This document shows, piece by piece, positions 48,096 to 56,503 of a stretch of DNA of 64,000 nucleotides. Within the stretch, counting starts at the first letter, position 1. Each line of letters starts with the position of its first letter. The stretch comes from a virus. The stretch lies in the IMG/VR virus record IMGVR_UViG_3300032224_000591, positions 64,001 to 128,000 of that record, one strand, 5' to 3'. The notes beneath the pieces are model-generated. The model saw nothing but the letters and a program-made list of their open reading frames with translations, searched no databases and was not told the origin of the DNA. A program made the translations under genes and the position numbers.

Positions 48096-48310
48096 TATTC
48101 GATGAGCAGAATCGCATCCGATCTGAGAGTAAGCCACTATGTGGACCGTCTTTTCTCAGGTGAGCTCGGGGTAAGACATCTTACATAAGCTTGGTAACCC
48201 GGATTCTGAAAAGAGGGTCGACACTCGTCCTCATCGGACCTAATAGCACGCAGGGACCCTTGCTTTTATAGCATCGGTTCTTATTCCATAGTGAGTGTAA
48301 TGCGTGTCTC

Positions 48311-48385
48311 GCATCCTTAGCTTAGCGGTAGAGCGTTCCCTTGACATGGGAGAGGTCGTTGGTTCGATCCCAGCAGGATGCACCA
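48311..48385 (+). tRNA. tRNA-Val(GAC)
   Basis: ttccc-ttGACat-gggag, CCA. Confidence 0.93.
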
Positions 48386-48387
48386 TT

Positions 48388-48464
48388 GCCCATATAGCCA
48401 AACTGGTAAAGGCGGCAGTCTCAAAATCTGTAATCTGTAGGTTCAAATCCTACTGTGGGCACCA
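48388..48464 (+). tRNA. tRNA-Leu(CAA), short variable loop
   Basis: ctCAAaa loop, ACCA. Confidence 0.88.
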
Positions 48465-48465
48465 T

Positions 48466-48542
48466 GATTACGTAGCTCAGCAGGATAGAGCATCGGTTTC
48501 CTAAACCGAGGGTCGCATGTTCGAGTCATGCCGTGATCACCA
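48466..48542 (+). tRNA. tRNA-Arg(CCU)
   Basis: tcggt-ttCCTaa-accga, CCA. Confidence 0.95.
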
Positions 48543-48543
48543 T

Positions 48544-48619
48544 GCTGTCTTAGTGTAACTGGTAAGCACGTGAGATTGTGAATCTCGAGGTTTTGGTTCG
48601 AACCCAGAAGGCAGTACCA
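48544..48619 (+). tRNA. tRNA-His(GUG), A73, no encoded G-1
   Basis: tgaga-ttGTGaa-tctcg; ends GT-A-CCA; the preceding base is T. Confidence 0.9.
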
Positions 48620-48631
48620 TATAAATATGGC

Positions 48632-49279
48632 ATGAGGACAATTGCGCTATTCATCGACGAGTCGTCTGACGCCGCCGCAGAGTGTGGCGATGGAATAGTT
48701 GAAGCCCTATCTCCTCATTTTCATATCAAAAGATTCACCGAGGAAGAGTGTACTGCATCCACATTCAAGGGTGTGGATATGATTGCTTTTCCCGGTGGCG
48801 TTGGTGAGTCGGAAGACTATAACTATTTCTTTCGTCGAAAGAGAGAGATGGCTGTAGTCGAGTACCTTGCCAACGGTGGTAGTTATCTAGGAATCTGTGT
48901 CGGCGCTTATTGGGCCGGCTCGCATTATTTTGATGTACTTGATGGAGTGGATGCTGTACAATACATAAAGCGTCCAACAGCAGACATAAAACGAAGCTAC
49001 AATAAAGCTATCCCAGTCACATGGAATAGCAAACCTGAGCGGATGTTTTTTAGAGATGGCTGTGCCTTCATAGGAGATCAAACGAAGTTCGAAACTGTCG
49101 CTCGCTATGCAAATGGCGATCCGATGGCAATCATACAGGGCAAGATTGGCCTGATAGGTGCTTGTCCTGATTCATTACGTTCATGGTACATAGAACCATA
49201 CAACAAACCATTTTGGCATGATGGTGCACATCATCAGTTGCTACTAGAGTTCGTAAACAAAGTTGGAGCTTTCGTCTAG
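48632..49279 (+). CDS. BPL_N / class I glutamine amidotransferase-like protein
   Basis: FPGG.G, GG.YLGICVGAY.A; TATAAATA at 48620. Confidence 0.8.
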   Translation: MRTIALFIDESSDAAAECGDGIVEALSPHFHIKRFTEEECTASTFKGVDMIAFPGGVGESEDYNYFFRRKREMAVVEYLANGGSYLGICVGAYWAGSHYFDVLDGVDAVQYIKRPTADIKRSYNKAIPVTWNSKPERMFFRDGCAFIGDQTKFETVARYANGDPMAIIQGKIGLIGACPDSLRSWYIEPYNKPFWHDGAHHQLLLEFVNKVGAFV

Positions 49280-49341
49280 CGGTTCAGGACATCGCCCTCT
49301 CACGGCGAAGATCACGGGTTCGAATCCCGTAAGCTCTACCA
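49265..49341 (+). tRNA. tRNA-Glu(CUC)
   Basis: tcgcc-ctCTCac-ggcga, CCA. Confidence 0.93.
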
Positions 49342-49346
49342 AATAA

Positions 49347-49423
49347 CCCGTGTTCTTCTAAAGGCCTAGGAAAACTCGCTTTCAATGAGTGTAATGTCGG
49401 TTCGACTCCGTCACACGGGACCA
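49347..49423 (+). tRNA. tRNA-Glu(UUC)
   Basis: actcg-ctTTCaa-tgagt, CCA; one T-stem mismatch. Confidence 0.85.
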
Positions 49424-49427
49424 ATTC

Positions 49428-49503
49428 GCCTTCTTTGTATAGCTGGTGCGTACGCTGGTCTGAAGAACCAGAGGACTCCGTTCGATTCTGAGAGAAGGCA
49501 CCA
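49428..49503 (+). tRNA. tRNA-Phe(GAA)
   Basis: ctggt-ctGAAga-accag, CCA. Confidence 0.88.
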
Positions 49504-49509
49504 TAAATA

Positions 49510-49599
49510 GGAGAGTTGGCCGAGAGGCTTAAGGCACACGTTTGCTAAATGTGCGAACCCTAACCGGTTCCGTGAGTTCGAATCTCACACTCTCCGCCA
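49510..49599 (+). tRNA. tRNA-Ser(GCU)
   Basis: ttGCTaa loop, long variable arm, GCCA. Confidence 0.95.
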
Positions 49600-49603
49600 C
49601 TAT

Positions 49604-49677
49604 ATCGGTAAAGTGTTACGGTAGCACGATGGTCTCCAAAACCGCAAGCCTGGGTTCGACTCCTAGTACCGGTGCCA
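49604..49677 (+). tRNA. tRNA-Trp(CCA)
   Basis: ctCCAaa loop, GCCA. Confidence 0.9.
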
Positions 49678-49880
49678 AACATATATAGTTCGTCTGCCAC
49701 GGAATGTCAGTCGGAATAATAGTTAGTAGCTAGTCACTGCAACTACCGAGCCAACCGTGCCTCTAGATCTTGTTATATCAGACTGGTATAACTTAGGGAG
49801 TGACTTCCGAGATTGGCTGGATAGAGGGCGCTGCAGTGGGGCAGCAGGCAAGTAGCGGAGAGCTACACCCACAAGAATTA

Positions 49881-49964
49881 GGAGGGTAGCGTCTAAGGTA
49901 GACACACAGTCTTGAAAACTGCGCCACCTCACGGTTGATGGTTCGATTCCTTTACCCTCCGCCA
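49881..49964 (+). tRNA. tRNA-Ser(UGA)
   Basis: ctTGAaa loop, variable arm, GCCA. Confidence 0.88.
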
Positions 49965-50035
49965 TTATACGGTTAGTCGCGCTAAATAGACTCGTGTGGG
50001 CCACGGTTAGCCCACGACTTCAATTGGAGTTTATT

Positions 50036-50614
50036 ATGCAATTCATGAACTTATGGGCAACTCCTGTTGCCATCTTTCAAAATAGAGACTATAGAGATAT
50101 TAACGCTGAGATCCTTAAGCACGAGGAACTTAGGGGTTGCACGTTTCTTAATAAGAAGGATGTGTGGGACTATAGAGATACTGTCCCAGCCTTACAAACA
50201 CTATATGATTGGATGCTGGAATGCACGGCCAAGTACGCTGAAGAGTGTTTTGGTATGGAGTATACGCCAGAGATTTTCTATCATGGCCATGGTTCAATGA
50301 ACTTTCGTGGCAAGGGTGAAGAGGCACTTCTGCATACTCATCGCCTCACTACTGTGGTGATGACGTATTATATCGACGTCCATGACAATTGCGGCGACAT
50401 CAGACTCCTAGACCCCAGGAGCACGCTAGGTTGGATCAGCCGTAATGACGGCAGACCTTATAATCAGTACACACATAGTCCTAACAATGGTGAGCTTATC
50501 ATGTTCCCTGGTTGGGTTACACATATGGTTGCTCAGAACCAAACTGACAAGGAGCGTGTCGCTCTTACGTCAAACGTATATCTTAAGGATGAGCACAAGG
50601 ATAAAGTGTACTGA
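50036..50614 (+). CDS. Putative Fe(II)/2OG oxygenase (TIGR02466-like)
   Basis: HTH...YY...GDI...DPR...GEL.MFPGW..H.V..N....R....N. Confidence 0.8.
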   Translation: MQFMNLWATPVAIFQNRDYRDINAEILKHEELRGCTFLNKKDVWDYRDTVPALQTLYDWMLECTAKYAEECFGMEYTPEIFYHGHGSMNFRGKGEEALLHTHRLTTVVMTYYIDVHDNCGDIRLLDPRSTLGWISRNDGRPYNQYTHSPNNGELIMFPGWVTHMVAQNQTDKERVALTSNVYLKDEHKDKVY

Positions 50615-51099
50615 TGGATAGATTCTATGTAATTGACGATGTCTTTGACGAGCGTATTCGCCTCAAGATTCGTGACTTTGAATATGGTCCTGCATCACCA
50701 CAGAAGTGGTATGACTTGGGTTCTAATCCAGATCATGAGAAGATCTTTGACATTGCGGTCGAGCTTGGGTTTGGATTTATTCATGGCGCCGGTATCATTG
50801 GCTATGAGATGTGGTGCAACACCAGGGCTGTTGGTTGGCATTACGATCATGATGAGGTAGCCTCGCGTGAGGCTGGTAAGCTCATCACTCCTATCTTTGC
50901 TGCTGTATACTATGCCGAGGTGGCAAACCTAGAGGGTGGTGACCTAGTGACAGAGTCACATCGTATCACACCAAAGACTAATCGTCTTGTCATCATGAGC
51001 GGTGGTTTGAAGCATGCTGTGTATCCGTATGCAGGTACACGTAAGGCCATCACAATCAATCCATGGGATCATAAAATAATCAATGCGGGTGTGGTATAA
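50614..51099 (+). CDS. Fe(II)/2OG oxygenase (prolyl-hydroxylase-like)
   Basis: WHYD.DE, GG.L, P.TNRLV, H.V....G.R....N. Confidence 0.8.
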   Translation: MDRFYVIDDVFDERIRLKIRDFEYGPASPQKWYDLGSNPDHEKIFDIAVELGFGFIHGAGIIGYEMWCNTRAVGWHYDHDEVASREAGKLITPIFAAVYYAEVANLEGGDLVTESHRITPKTNRLVIMSGGLKHAVYPYAGTRKAITINPWDHKIINAGVV

Positions 51100-51159
51100 G
51101 GGTTGTGCCTTAGCCTTCCAAGCTAATGAAGACTGGTTCGAGTCCAGCCATCCGCTCCA
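51085..51159 (+). tRNA. tRNA-Gly(UCC)
   Basis: ttagc-ctTCCaa-gctaa, TCCA. Confidence 0.93.
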
Positions 51160-51171
51160 TTAAGGTACATA

Positions 51172-51912
51172 ATGTTCACATTCTTCCATCGTAAAAAGAG
51201 AGTGACGGTCGATTGCTTCACCTGCATTCCGGCAGTTCACGAGTATACACCAATCGTAAGAGCGTCTAAGACGATTCCCGATTGGTGGAAGAACTTGCCT
51301 AAAGTTGGGCCTCTTAAACGTGACGATGATGGAATATTTCAACTAGACAATAACATGCGTCGGTGCTATGGTTTTCTAGAGCTCTACAAGCGTGGAGCTA
51401 TCATTGAATCATGGACCGATGCGCACTTTGAGATAGCACCCGATACATATAGGTTCCATGTTACAATTGGTGATAAGCCTACATGGCATCTGAAAGAACA
51501 GTTCAAAGGTGGTTTCGATAACTATCATCATATTAAGTTAATGAGTCCTTGGCATTTCCGTGAGAAATCCGGAATGCCCTTTTTATTCATGGGAGCCGAA
51601 TGGTCTATTGAGTTTCCATTTAAGGTTCTACCCGGAGTTGTTGAGTACCAGAACGTATCAGGTACTCACATCAATATGATGGCTCCTAAGTATACTGATC
51701 CATACGAGATGACAATCAAGCTTGGGCAACCTCTTGTACATGTTATCCCATTACAGGACGATGTGCATGTAGACTTTAAGTCACATCTACTGACAAAGCC
51801 TGAGTTTGATAAGGTTACTCTTCACGGAGGTATATCATACGACGGTCTTCGAGGTATGGTAGGTATGCGTAAAAGGAATGCTGAGAGGAAGTGTCCGTTT
51901 GGCTTCGGATAA
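51172..51912 (+). CDS. Hypothetical protein
   Basis: P..A....PDWWK, GQPLVHVIP, terminal KCPF. Confidence 0.75.
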   Translation: MFTFFHRKKRVTVDCFTCIPAVHEYTPIVRASKTIPDWWKNLPKVGPLKRDDDGIFQLDNNMRRCYGFLELYKRGAIIESWTDAHFEIAPDTYRFHVTIGDKPTWHLKEQFKGGFDNYHHIKLMSPWHFREKSGMPFLFMGAEWSIEFPFKVLPGVVEYQNVSGTHINMMAPKYTDPYEMTIKLGQPLVHVIPLQDDVHVDFKSHLLTKPEFDKVTLHGGISYDGLRGMVGMRKRNAERKCPFGFG

Positions 51913-51982
51913 ATAAACACATGAACGCATCGTTATGAAATCCTGATGATTGGTAATCCTCAATTTCATAACGGAGTTTCAG

Positions 51983-53809
51983 ATGAAGAGATTTTTAGTA
52001 GCCCTAATTGGGCTATGCGCATTTACGTGTGCAGCCGTAGCACAGAACCTACCAGCCGGTTCGTTAGGAATCGTCAATAACAATACGCCAAACACATGGC
52101 AGACATTTACCTACTCGTTCACACCATCGACAACAGGTGCTAATTTCGTAGGTTTTGCATTTCGTCAGGATCCAGCATTCTGGACTTTCGACAATGTCAG
52201 ACTAACAGCAGCTGGTTCATCAACCAACCTGCTAACTAACGGTGCCTTTGATACAGGCGGACAGTTCAGTGTAACAACCACTAACGGTCCTTCCTCTATG
52301 CAGGCACCAACTAATTGGGGCGTATGGTATCAAAATGGAACATATCCTGCTGCCGCTGGCACTTGGACTAACGTTGGGGGGACTCATGGTGGCGTATGGT
52401 ATGACGGAGCTGTTGGCTCGTTCGACGGTATCTATCAAGGCGTGGCTCTCCAGGCGGGCACCACTTACACAATTTCTTTTGAAGTTAGCGGGAATCACGC
52501 TGCTGACAATGGTGCTGTTCAGCTTGGCATTTATGGCGGCGCTTGCGCAACTGTAAGTATTGCACCTAATCAGTGCACGATCCCACCATCCGCCGGATTC
52601 ACTACGCTTGCTACACCTGCTCAAGGTGCAGCTGCTGGTGGACCTGCAGTTCCTACTATCGTAAGTGAATTGCCTGGAACTCCTAGTGTATCATCATCTA
52701 GCGCCCCTGGCACATTAGTAACCACAACAGCAAGCACAAGAGGCACTTCAACAACGGCAATCGCCCGTTCAGATGCTGCTGCTAGATCCGTTAACAATAT
52801 CAATATAACAAGAACTACTGTGACCACAGTTACGACGCCGGTCACAACTGTTACCACGCGTACAACTCCTATCGTCACAACGACAACGACTATACCTAGA
52901 ACAGTCACAACGTGGAGCGATGGTACCACAACGACAACTGATGGAACACCGGTTGTCACACGCACAACAACCAATCAGATTGTCACATCATCAGCAATAG
53001 CTAACGATGTACAGTCGACAACGGGAACACAATCACAGTCTGTTAGCTCTAATGGTGCTAAGAGTGCTGTGTCTTATCGTAACAATAATCCATTCATTGT
53101 CGACACACTAAGTCAGAAAGATGGTGCATGGATCAGTCCATCGGCTAGCTACTACAAGTCAGTAGGTAGCATGTCATCAGGTGGCATCGCTGCTGGTTAT
53201 CAATGGACTGTTGAGAATAACACGTTCGGTACTGCATTTGCATACAACAGTGCAAAGAGTGGTGGACTAGTTGGATCTGATGTTCAAGCTGTCACCTACG
53301 ATGGTGTTGCATATGCACTTAGCAAGCAGGATGGTGTTTGGTTCAAGGGAACCATTGGCTATGGTTATGGTGACTACACAACCAACACATCGATCCCACT
53401 ATTTGCCCTGTACAATACGGGTAAGATGAAGCAAAAGTCATACGTAGCTGACCTGACTCTTTACAGTGCAGCAGACTACATAGGCTTCCGTCCACTGATT
53501 GGCGCTACGATCAATAAGAGCCAGATTGAGGCTTCTGCTGCTGGTAGTCCACTATTAGACACTACGGGTGACATCAAGTCTACAACTACGGTAAATCCAT
53601 ATGTAGGTGCTAGATATGACTTCACAGATAGTGTGGGTATCGAGATGAGAGCCACACAGACTAAGGACTTCAAAACAGTCGGTGGAATCCGCGCTGTTGC
53701 CAAGACTGAGCTGTTTGATGGTGTGTTCCTGAATGCTACGGTAGGACTAGATAAGGGAACAGGCTATCAAGCAGCCTCCGGAACACTAGGTATCAAGGTC
53801 GCCTTTTAA
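51983..53809 (+). CDS. Autotransporter-like surface protein (signal peptide, CBM-like passenger, Thr-rich stalk, beta-barrel)
   Basis: AVA-Q signal; NLLTNG.F CBM-like motif; Thr-rich tract; amphipathic strands ending GIKVAF. Confidence 0.75.
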   Translation: MKRFLVALIGLCAFTCAAVAQNLPAGSLGIVNNNTPNTWQTFTYSFTPSTTGANFVGFAFRQDPAFWTFDNVRLTAAGSSTNLLTNGAFDTGGQFSVTTTNGPSSMQAPTNWGVWYQNGTYPAAAGTWTNVGGTHGGVWYDGAVGSFDGIYQGVALQAGTTYTISFEVSGNHAADNGAVQLGIYGGACATVSIAPNQCTIPPSAGFTTLATPAQGAAAGGPAVPTIVSELPGTPSVSSSSAPGTLVTTTASTRGTSTTAIARSDAAARSVNNINITRTTVTTVTTPVTTVTTRTTPIVTTTTTIPRTVTTWSDGTTTTTDGTPVVTRTTTNQIVTSSAIANDVQSTTGTQSQSVSSNGAKSAVSYRNNNPFIVDTLSQKDGAWISPSASYYKSVGSMSSGGIAAGYQWTVENNTFGTAFAYNSAKSGGLVGSDVQAVTYDGVAYALSKQDGVWFKGTIGYGYGDYTTNTSIPLFALYNTGKMKQKSYVADLTLYSAADYIGFRPLIGATINKSQIEASAAGSPLLDTTGDIKSTTTVNPYVGARYDFTDSVGIEMRATQTKDFKTVGGIRAVAKTELFDGVFLNATVGLDKGTGYQAASGTLGIKVAF

Positions 53810-53810
53810 G

Positions 53811-53840
53811 GTGTACAAACTCTCTCCATCGTGGTATAAT
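53811..53840 (+). promoter_or_regulatory. Early promoter
   Basis: GTGTACA...GTGGTATAAT. Confidence 0.8.
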
Positions 53841-53863
53841 ACTTAAATGATGGAGAGAGACAC

Positions 53864-54094
53864 ATGACTGAAGTTATCCAGTTCCCACTGCAATCTAGAG
53901 ATGCTACGATTATCCAGGGAGTAGCAACTCAGCGGCCTTATAACAAGGCTAAGTACGTTGCCCTCATCGAGAGGTTCTTGACTGAGGATGATTTCGATTT
54001 TGTGATGAGAGCCATTGAGGAACCATTCCTCTATGCTGCTCTTGAGCCTCAACTGCAAAAGATCGTTGACTGTTACTTTAGTTACGATTCTTGA
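53864..54094 (+). CDS. Hypothetical protein
   Basis: GGAG RBS; VIQFP N-terminus. Confidence 0.7.
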   Translation: MTEVIQFPLQSRDATIIQGVATQRPYNKAKYVALIERFLTEDDFDFVMRAIEEPFLYAALEPQLQKIVDCYFSYDS

Positions 54095-54130
54095 TGTATA
54101 AATAAACTTACGAACACGCAAAGGTGCACC

Positions 54131-54259
54131 ATGACTAAGCAGATTACACATCGTAATCCAGTTGCTAAGGCTCTGAAGAGCCAGTCTTGCCGTGCGCGTG
54201 TGGTCGCTGCTAAACGCGGCAAGGGTTCCTACAAACGTCAGAGCTTCAAAAAGTTCTGA
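54131..54259 (+). CDS. arfA: ArfA-like alternative ribosome rescue factor (42 aa, not in ORF track)
   Basis: MTKQITHRNPVAKALKSQSCRARVVAAKRGKGSYKRQSFKKF*, matching ArfA N....L......R.RV....KGKGSY.R; TATAAATA at 54097 and AAGGT RBS. Confidence 0.7.
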   Translation: MTKQITHRNPVAKALKSQSCRARVVAAKRGKGSYKRQSFKKF

Positions 54260-54265
54260 GGTCAC

Positions 54266-54342
54266 GGATCCTTAGCTCAGTAGGTTAGAGCAGCGGTCTT
54301 TTAAACCGACGGTCCCGGGTTCGAATCCCGGAGGATCCACCA
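54266..54342 (+). tRNA. tRNA-Lys(UUU)
   Basis: ctTTTaa loop, CCA. Confidence 0.95.
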
Positions 54343-54487
54343 TTATTCTTATTCAAAGTTTTATATCATGTGCAATCTACGTGACTTTATTATGGTAGTG
54401 ATTATGTGCAACTTGATTGCAATCTTAGCATCTTGTGTTATAATTGCATTGAGTTATTGGAATTAGAAACAAACAAGGAGCAATAAA

Positions 54488-55039
54488 ATGCAAAAGACTA
54501 TCATTACGGCGCTTGTTCTTCTTGCGTCGACAGCAGTGGCTTCGGCTACTGATCTGCCAAGCAAGACGAAGGCACCGTCTCTACCCACTCTAGCTCAGTC
54601 AACAGACTTCTACGCTGGTGTGAATGCAGGCGGTAACTTCAACGATGCACGCGTCTATTCTGGTGGTGCTGTTGCTGGCTGGAACGTCCTACCGTTCCTC
54701 GCAGTAGAAGGTACATACGACTTTTCTGTTCCACAGAATAAGATCAAGGGTGATTACAACTACCAGAATACGGTTGCTGTAAACGCTGTACCGCAGTACA
54801 AGGTTCCCGCTCTTCCAGTCACTGTCTATGCACTAGGCGGCGCTGGCTATCGCTGGAACACTGCAGCTACCGTAGCGGATATTTCCGTTTATAACTTCGG
54901 TGCTGGTGCTAAGTATGAGTTTGCTAAGGGGATCGAAATCGATGGTCGCTACCGTCGTATTGATGCCATTGAGTCAAAGAACCGTACTTCGACTTCGGCC
55001 GAAGATCGTGCTACGATTGGTGTGAACGCAAAGTTCTAA
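54488..55039 (+). CDS. Outer-membrane 8-stranded beta-barrel protein (Omp25/RopB-like)
   Basis: Signal ASA-TDLPSK..AP, FYAGVNAG, terminal GVNAKF. Confidence 0.8.
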   Translation: MQKTIITALVLLASTAVASATDLPSKTKAPSLPTLAQSTDFYAGVNAGGNFNDARVYSGGAVAGWNVLPFLAVEGTYDFSVPQNKIKGDYNYQNTVAVNAVPQYKVPALPVTVYALGGAGYRWNTAATVADISVYNFGAGAKYEFAKGIEIDGRYRRIDAIESKNRTSTSAEDRATIGVNAKF

Positions 55040-55051
55040 TCTAGTACTAAG

Positions 55052-55085
55052 CTCAGGCGCAGTGATCACAGATACTGCGCCTGAG
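55052..55085 (+). terminator. Strong hairpin, probable terminator
   Basis: CTCAGGCGCAGT...ACTGCGCCTGAG. Confidence 0.7.
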
Positions 55086-55101
55086 TTGTATGCAAATAGC
55101 A

Positions 55102-55130
55102 GTGTACAAACCTGACCGGCGTGATATAAT
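55102..55130 (+). promoter_or_regulatory. Early promoter
   Basis: GTGTAC-17-TATAAT with extended TG. Confidence 0.8.
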
Positions 55131-55159
55131 ATACTAATGAATAAGACGAGGTTAACACT

Positions 55160-55516
55160 ATGAATGATTTCAACACAGCACTGACTAAAAACTATACGAA
55201 GTTGTCGCTCATCACGGTAGCTTCATTATCGAGTACCCTTGGTCTTCGTACCGAGTTAGCTATCATCCTGAATGATATGGCCATGGCTACGTGGATCTCT
55301 ATCATGTGGGTTTTTATCATCATCGCCGTCTTGGCCTACTACAAGTCTAAAGCTGATGTTGAGTTGGAAAAGTTTCGCGAGGGCGAGAAAAATCGCATCT
55401 TGATGGGTCTAAAACCACTCTCCACGTATACATACACAGGCCAGTCTGAACAGGTGATTGGCAAGGAAACATTGGATCGCCTAAACTCAGTGGATACTAA
55501 AGTTAGGGAGAAGTGA
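55160..55516 (+). CDS. Membrane protein
   Basis: Hydrophobic segment; GAGG RBS. Confidence 0.7.
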   Translation: MNDFNTALTKNYTKLSLITVASLSSTLGLRTELAIILNDMAMATWISIMWVFIIIAVLAYYKSKADVELEKFREGEKNRILMGLKPLSTYTYTGQSEQVIGKETLDRLNSVDTKVREK

Positions 55517-55517
55517 A

Positions 55518-55718
55518 ATGAACCGCTTTATCGTAAAGTACGACATTAAGCATACCGAGCGTTCGTCTCTTTTGAGTGGTGTGCTCATGCCTGAGCAGTG
55601 CAAGTTTGTTAATCTGCAGGATGCGATCAAGTTCGTTCGTGCGATGCGTGGTCATCGCACTCCTAAGTACGAGGTTGTTGGCATGCCTGTCATCGAGCAC
55701 ATCTCTAACTTCTCATGA
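55518..55718 (+). CDS. Hypothetical protein
   Basis: Coupled ORF. Confidence 0.65.
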   Translation: MNRFIVKYDIKHTERSSLLSGVLMPEQCKFVNLQDAIKFVRAMRGHRTPKYEVVGMPVIEHISNFS

Positions 55719-56503
55719 GCGACTGGGAAACTAAAGAAAACCTCACTAGAATGCGTAGCGGTGAAGCTATCGCTGCTTTTGACTCTGATGTATATAGTGA
55801 ACTTGAGAAAACGTATGGAAAATATCTCTATGTGCCATATGATGTGCCAAAGATACTTCCATACGACATCAACAAGTTTGTAGACTTCTACTTCCGCAAT
55901 GCTAAGTTCTCCCAGAAATTGAGAGAGGACATTGCGGAAGGTATCCCACCAAAGTATGAGACTACACCCTATCTGTCTGTTGATGGCGATGAAACCAATA
56001 AGAACTCAGTGTGGAGTAAGAACAGGGTACCAGAGATCTTCACGGAATTTCCGGAAATCTTTGAGCAGATAAATGAGTATATGCCATGGGTGAATGGTCC
56101 ACAGAGTTTGTCGTGGACGATGTGGTCCAGCGCTAAGGACATACTACCTCATCGTGACCTAAAGTCTATGTTGGATATGCCTATCAGGGTACGAATAAAG
56201 TTATTCGATAGTAATCCTGTGGAGACATTGAGTGTTCAACTTGCACCGGTCGAAAAGGATCAGGGTGAGTTCATTCCGCTAAGCATTCCAAGTGATACTA
56301 ACTCGTTCGCCTGGAATAATCTGAGGACGCGTCATAGGAGTTTGTTTACTCCTCCATATAGGAAAATACTGATGATCTTCTTTGCTAACTACAAAGGAGT
56401 GTCGATGAATAAGTACGTAGACATGCTTGATAGAAGTGTCCACAAATACAAGGATCATCTGATTGTAGACAATCAGACAACAGCGAAGGATTATATATTA
56501 TGA
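55715..56503 (+). CDS. Hypothetical cupin / 2OG-oxygenase-like protein; paralog of 122-1006
   Basis: LPHRD...FAWNNLRTRH. Confidence 0.6.
   Translation: MSDWETKENLTRMRSGEAIAAFDSDVYSELEKTYGKYLYVPYDVPKILPYDINKFVDFYFRNAKFSQKLREDIAEGIPPKYETTPYLSVDGDETNKNSVWSKNRVPEIFTEFPEIFEQINEYMPWVNGPQSLSWTMWSSAKDILPHRDLKSMLDMPIRVRIKLFDSNPVETLSVQLAPVEKDQGEFIPLSIPSDTNSFAWNNLRTRHRSLFTPPYRKILMIFFANYKGVSMNKYVDMLDRSVHKYKDHLIVDNQTTAKDYIL

Noticed and set aside
48098-48240. Hammerhead ribozyme (GATGAG...GAAA...GTC)
   Set aside because: The core reads CGATGA rather than CTGANGA, and that segment is paired with CTCATCG
52700-53050. DNA tandem repeat in the ACN-rich tract
   Set aside because: Low complexity reflects Thr codons with varied third positions; no exact repeat unit
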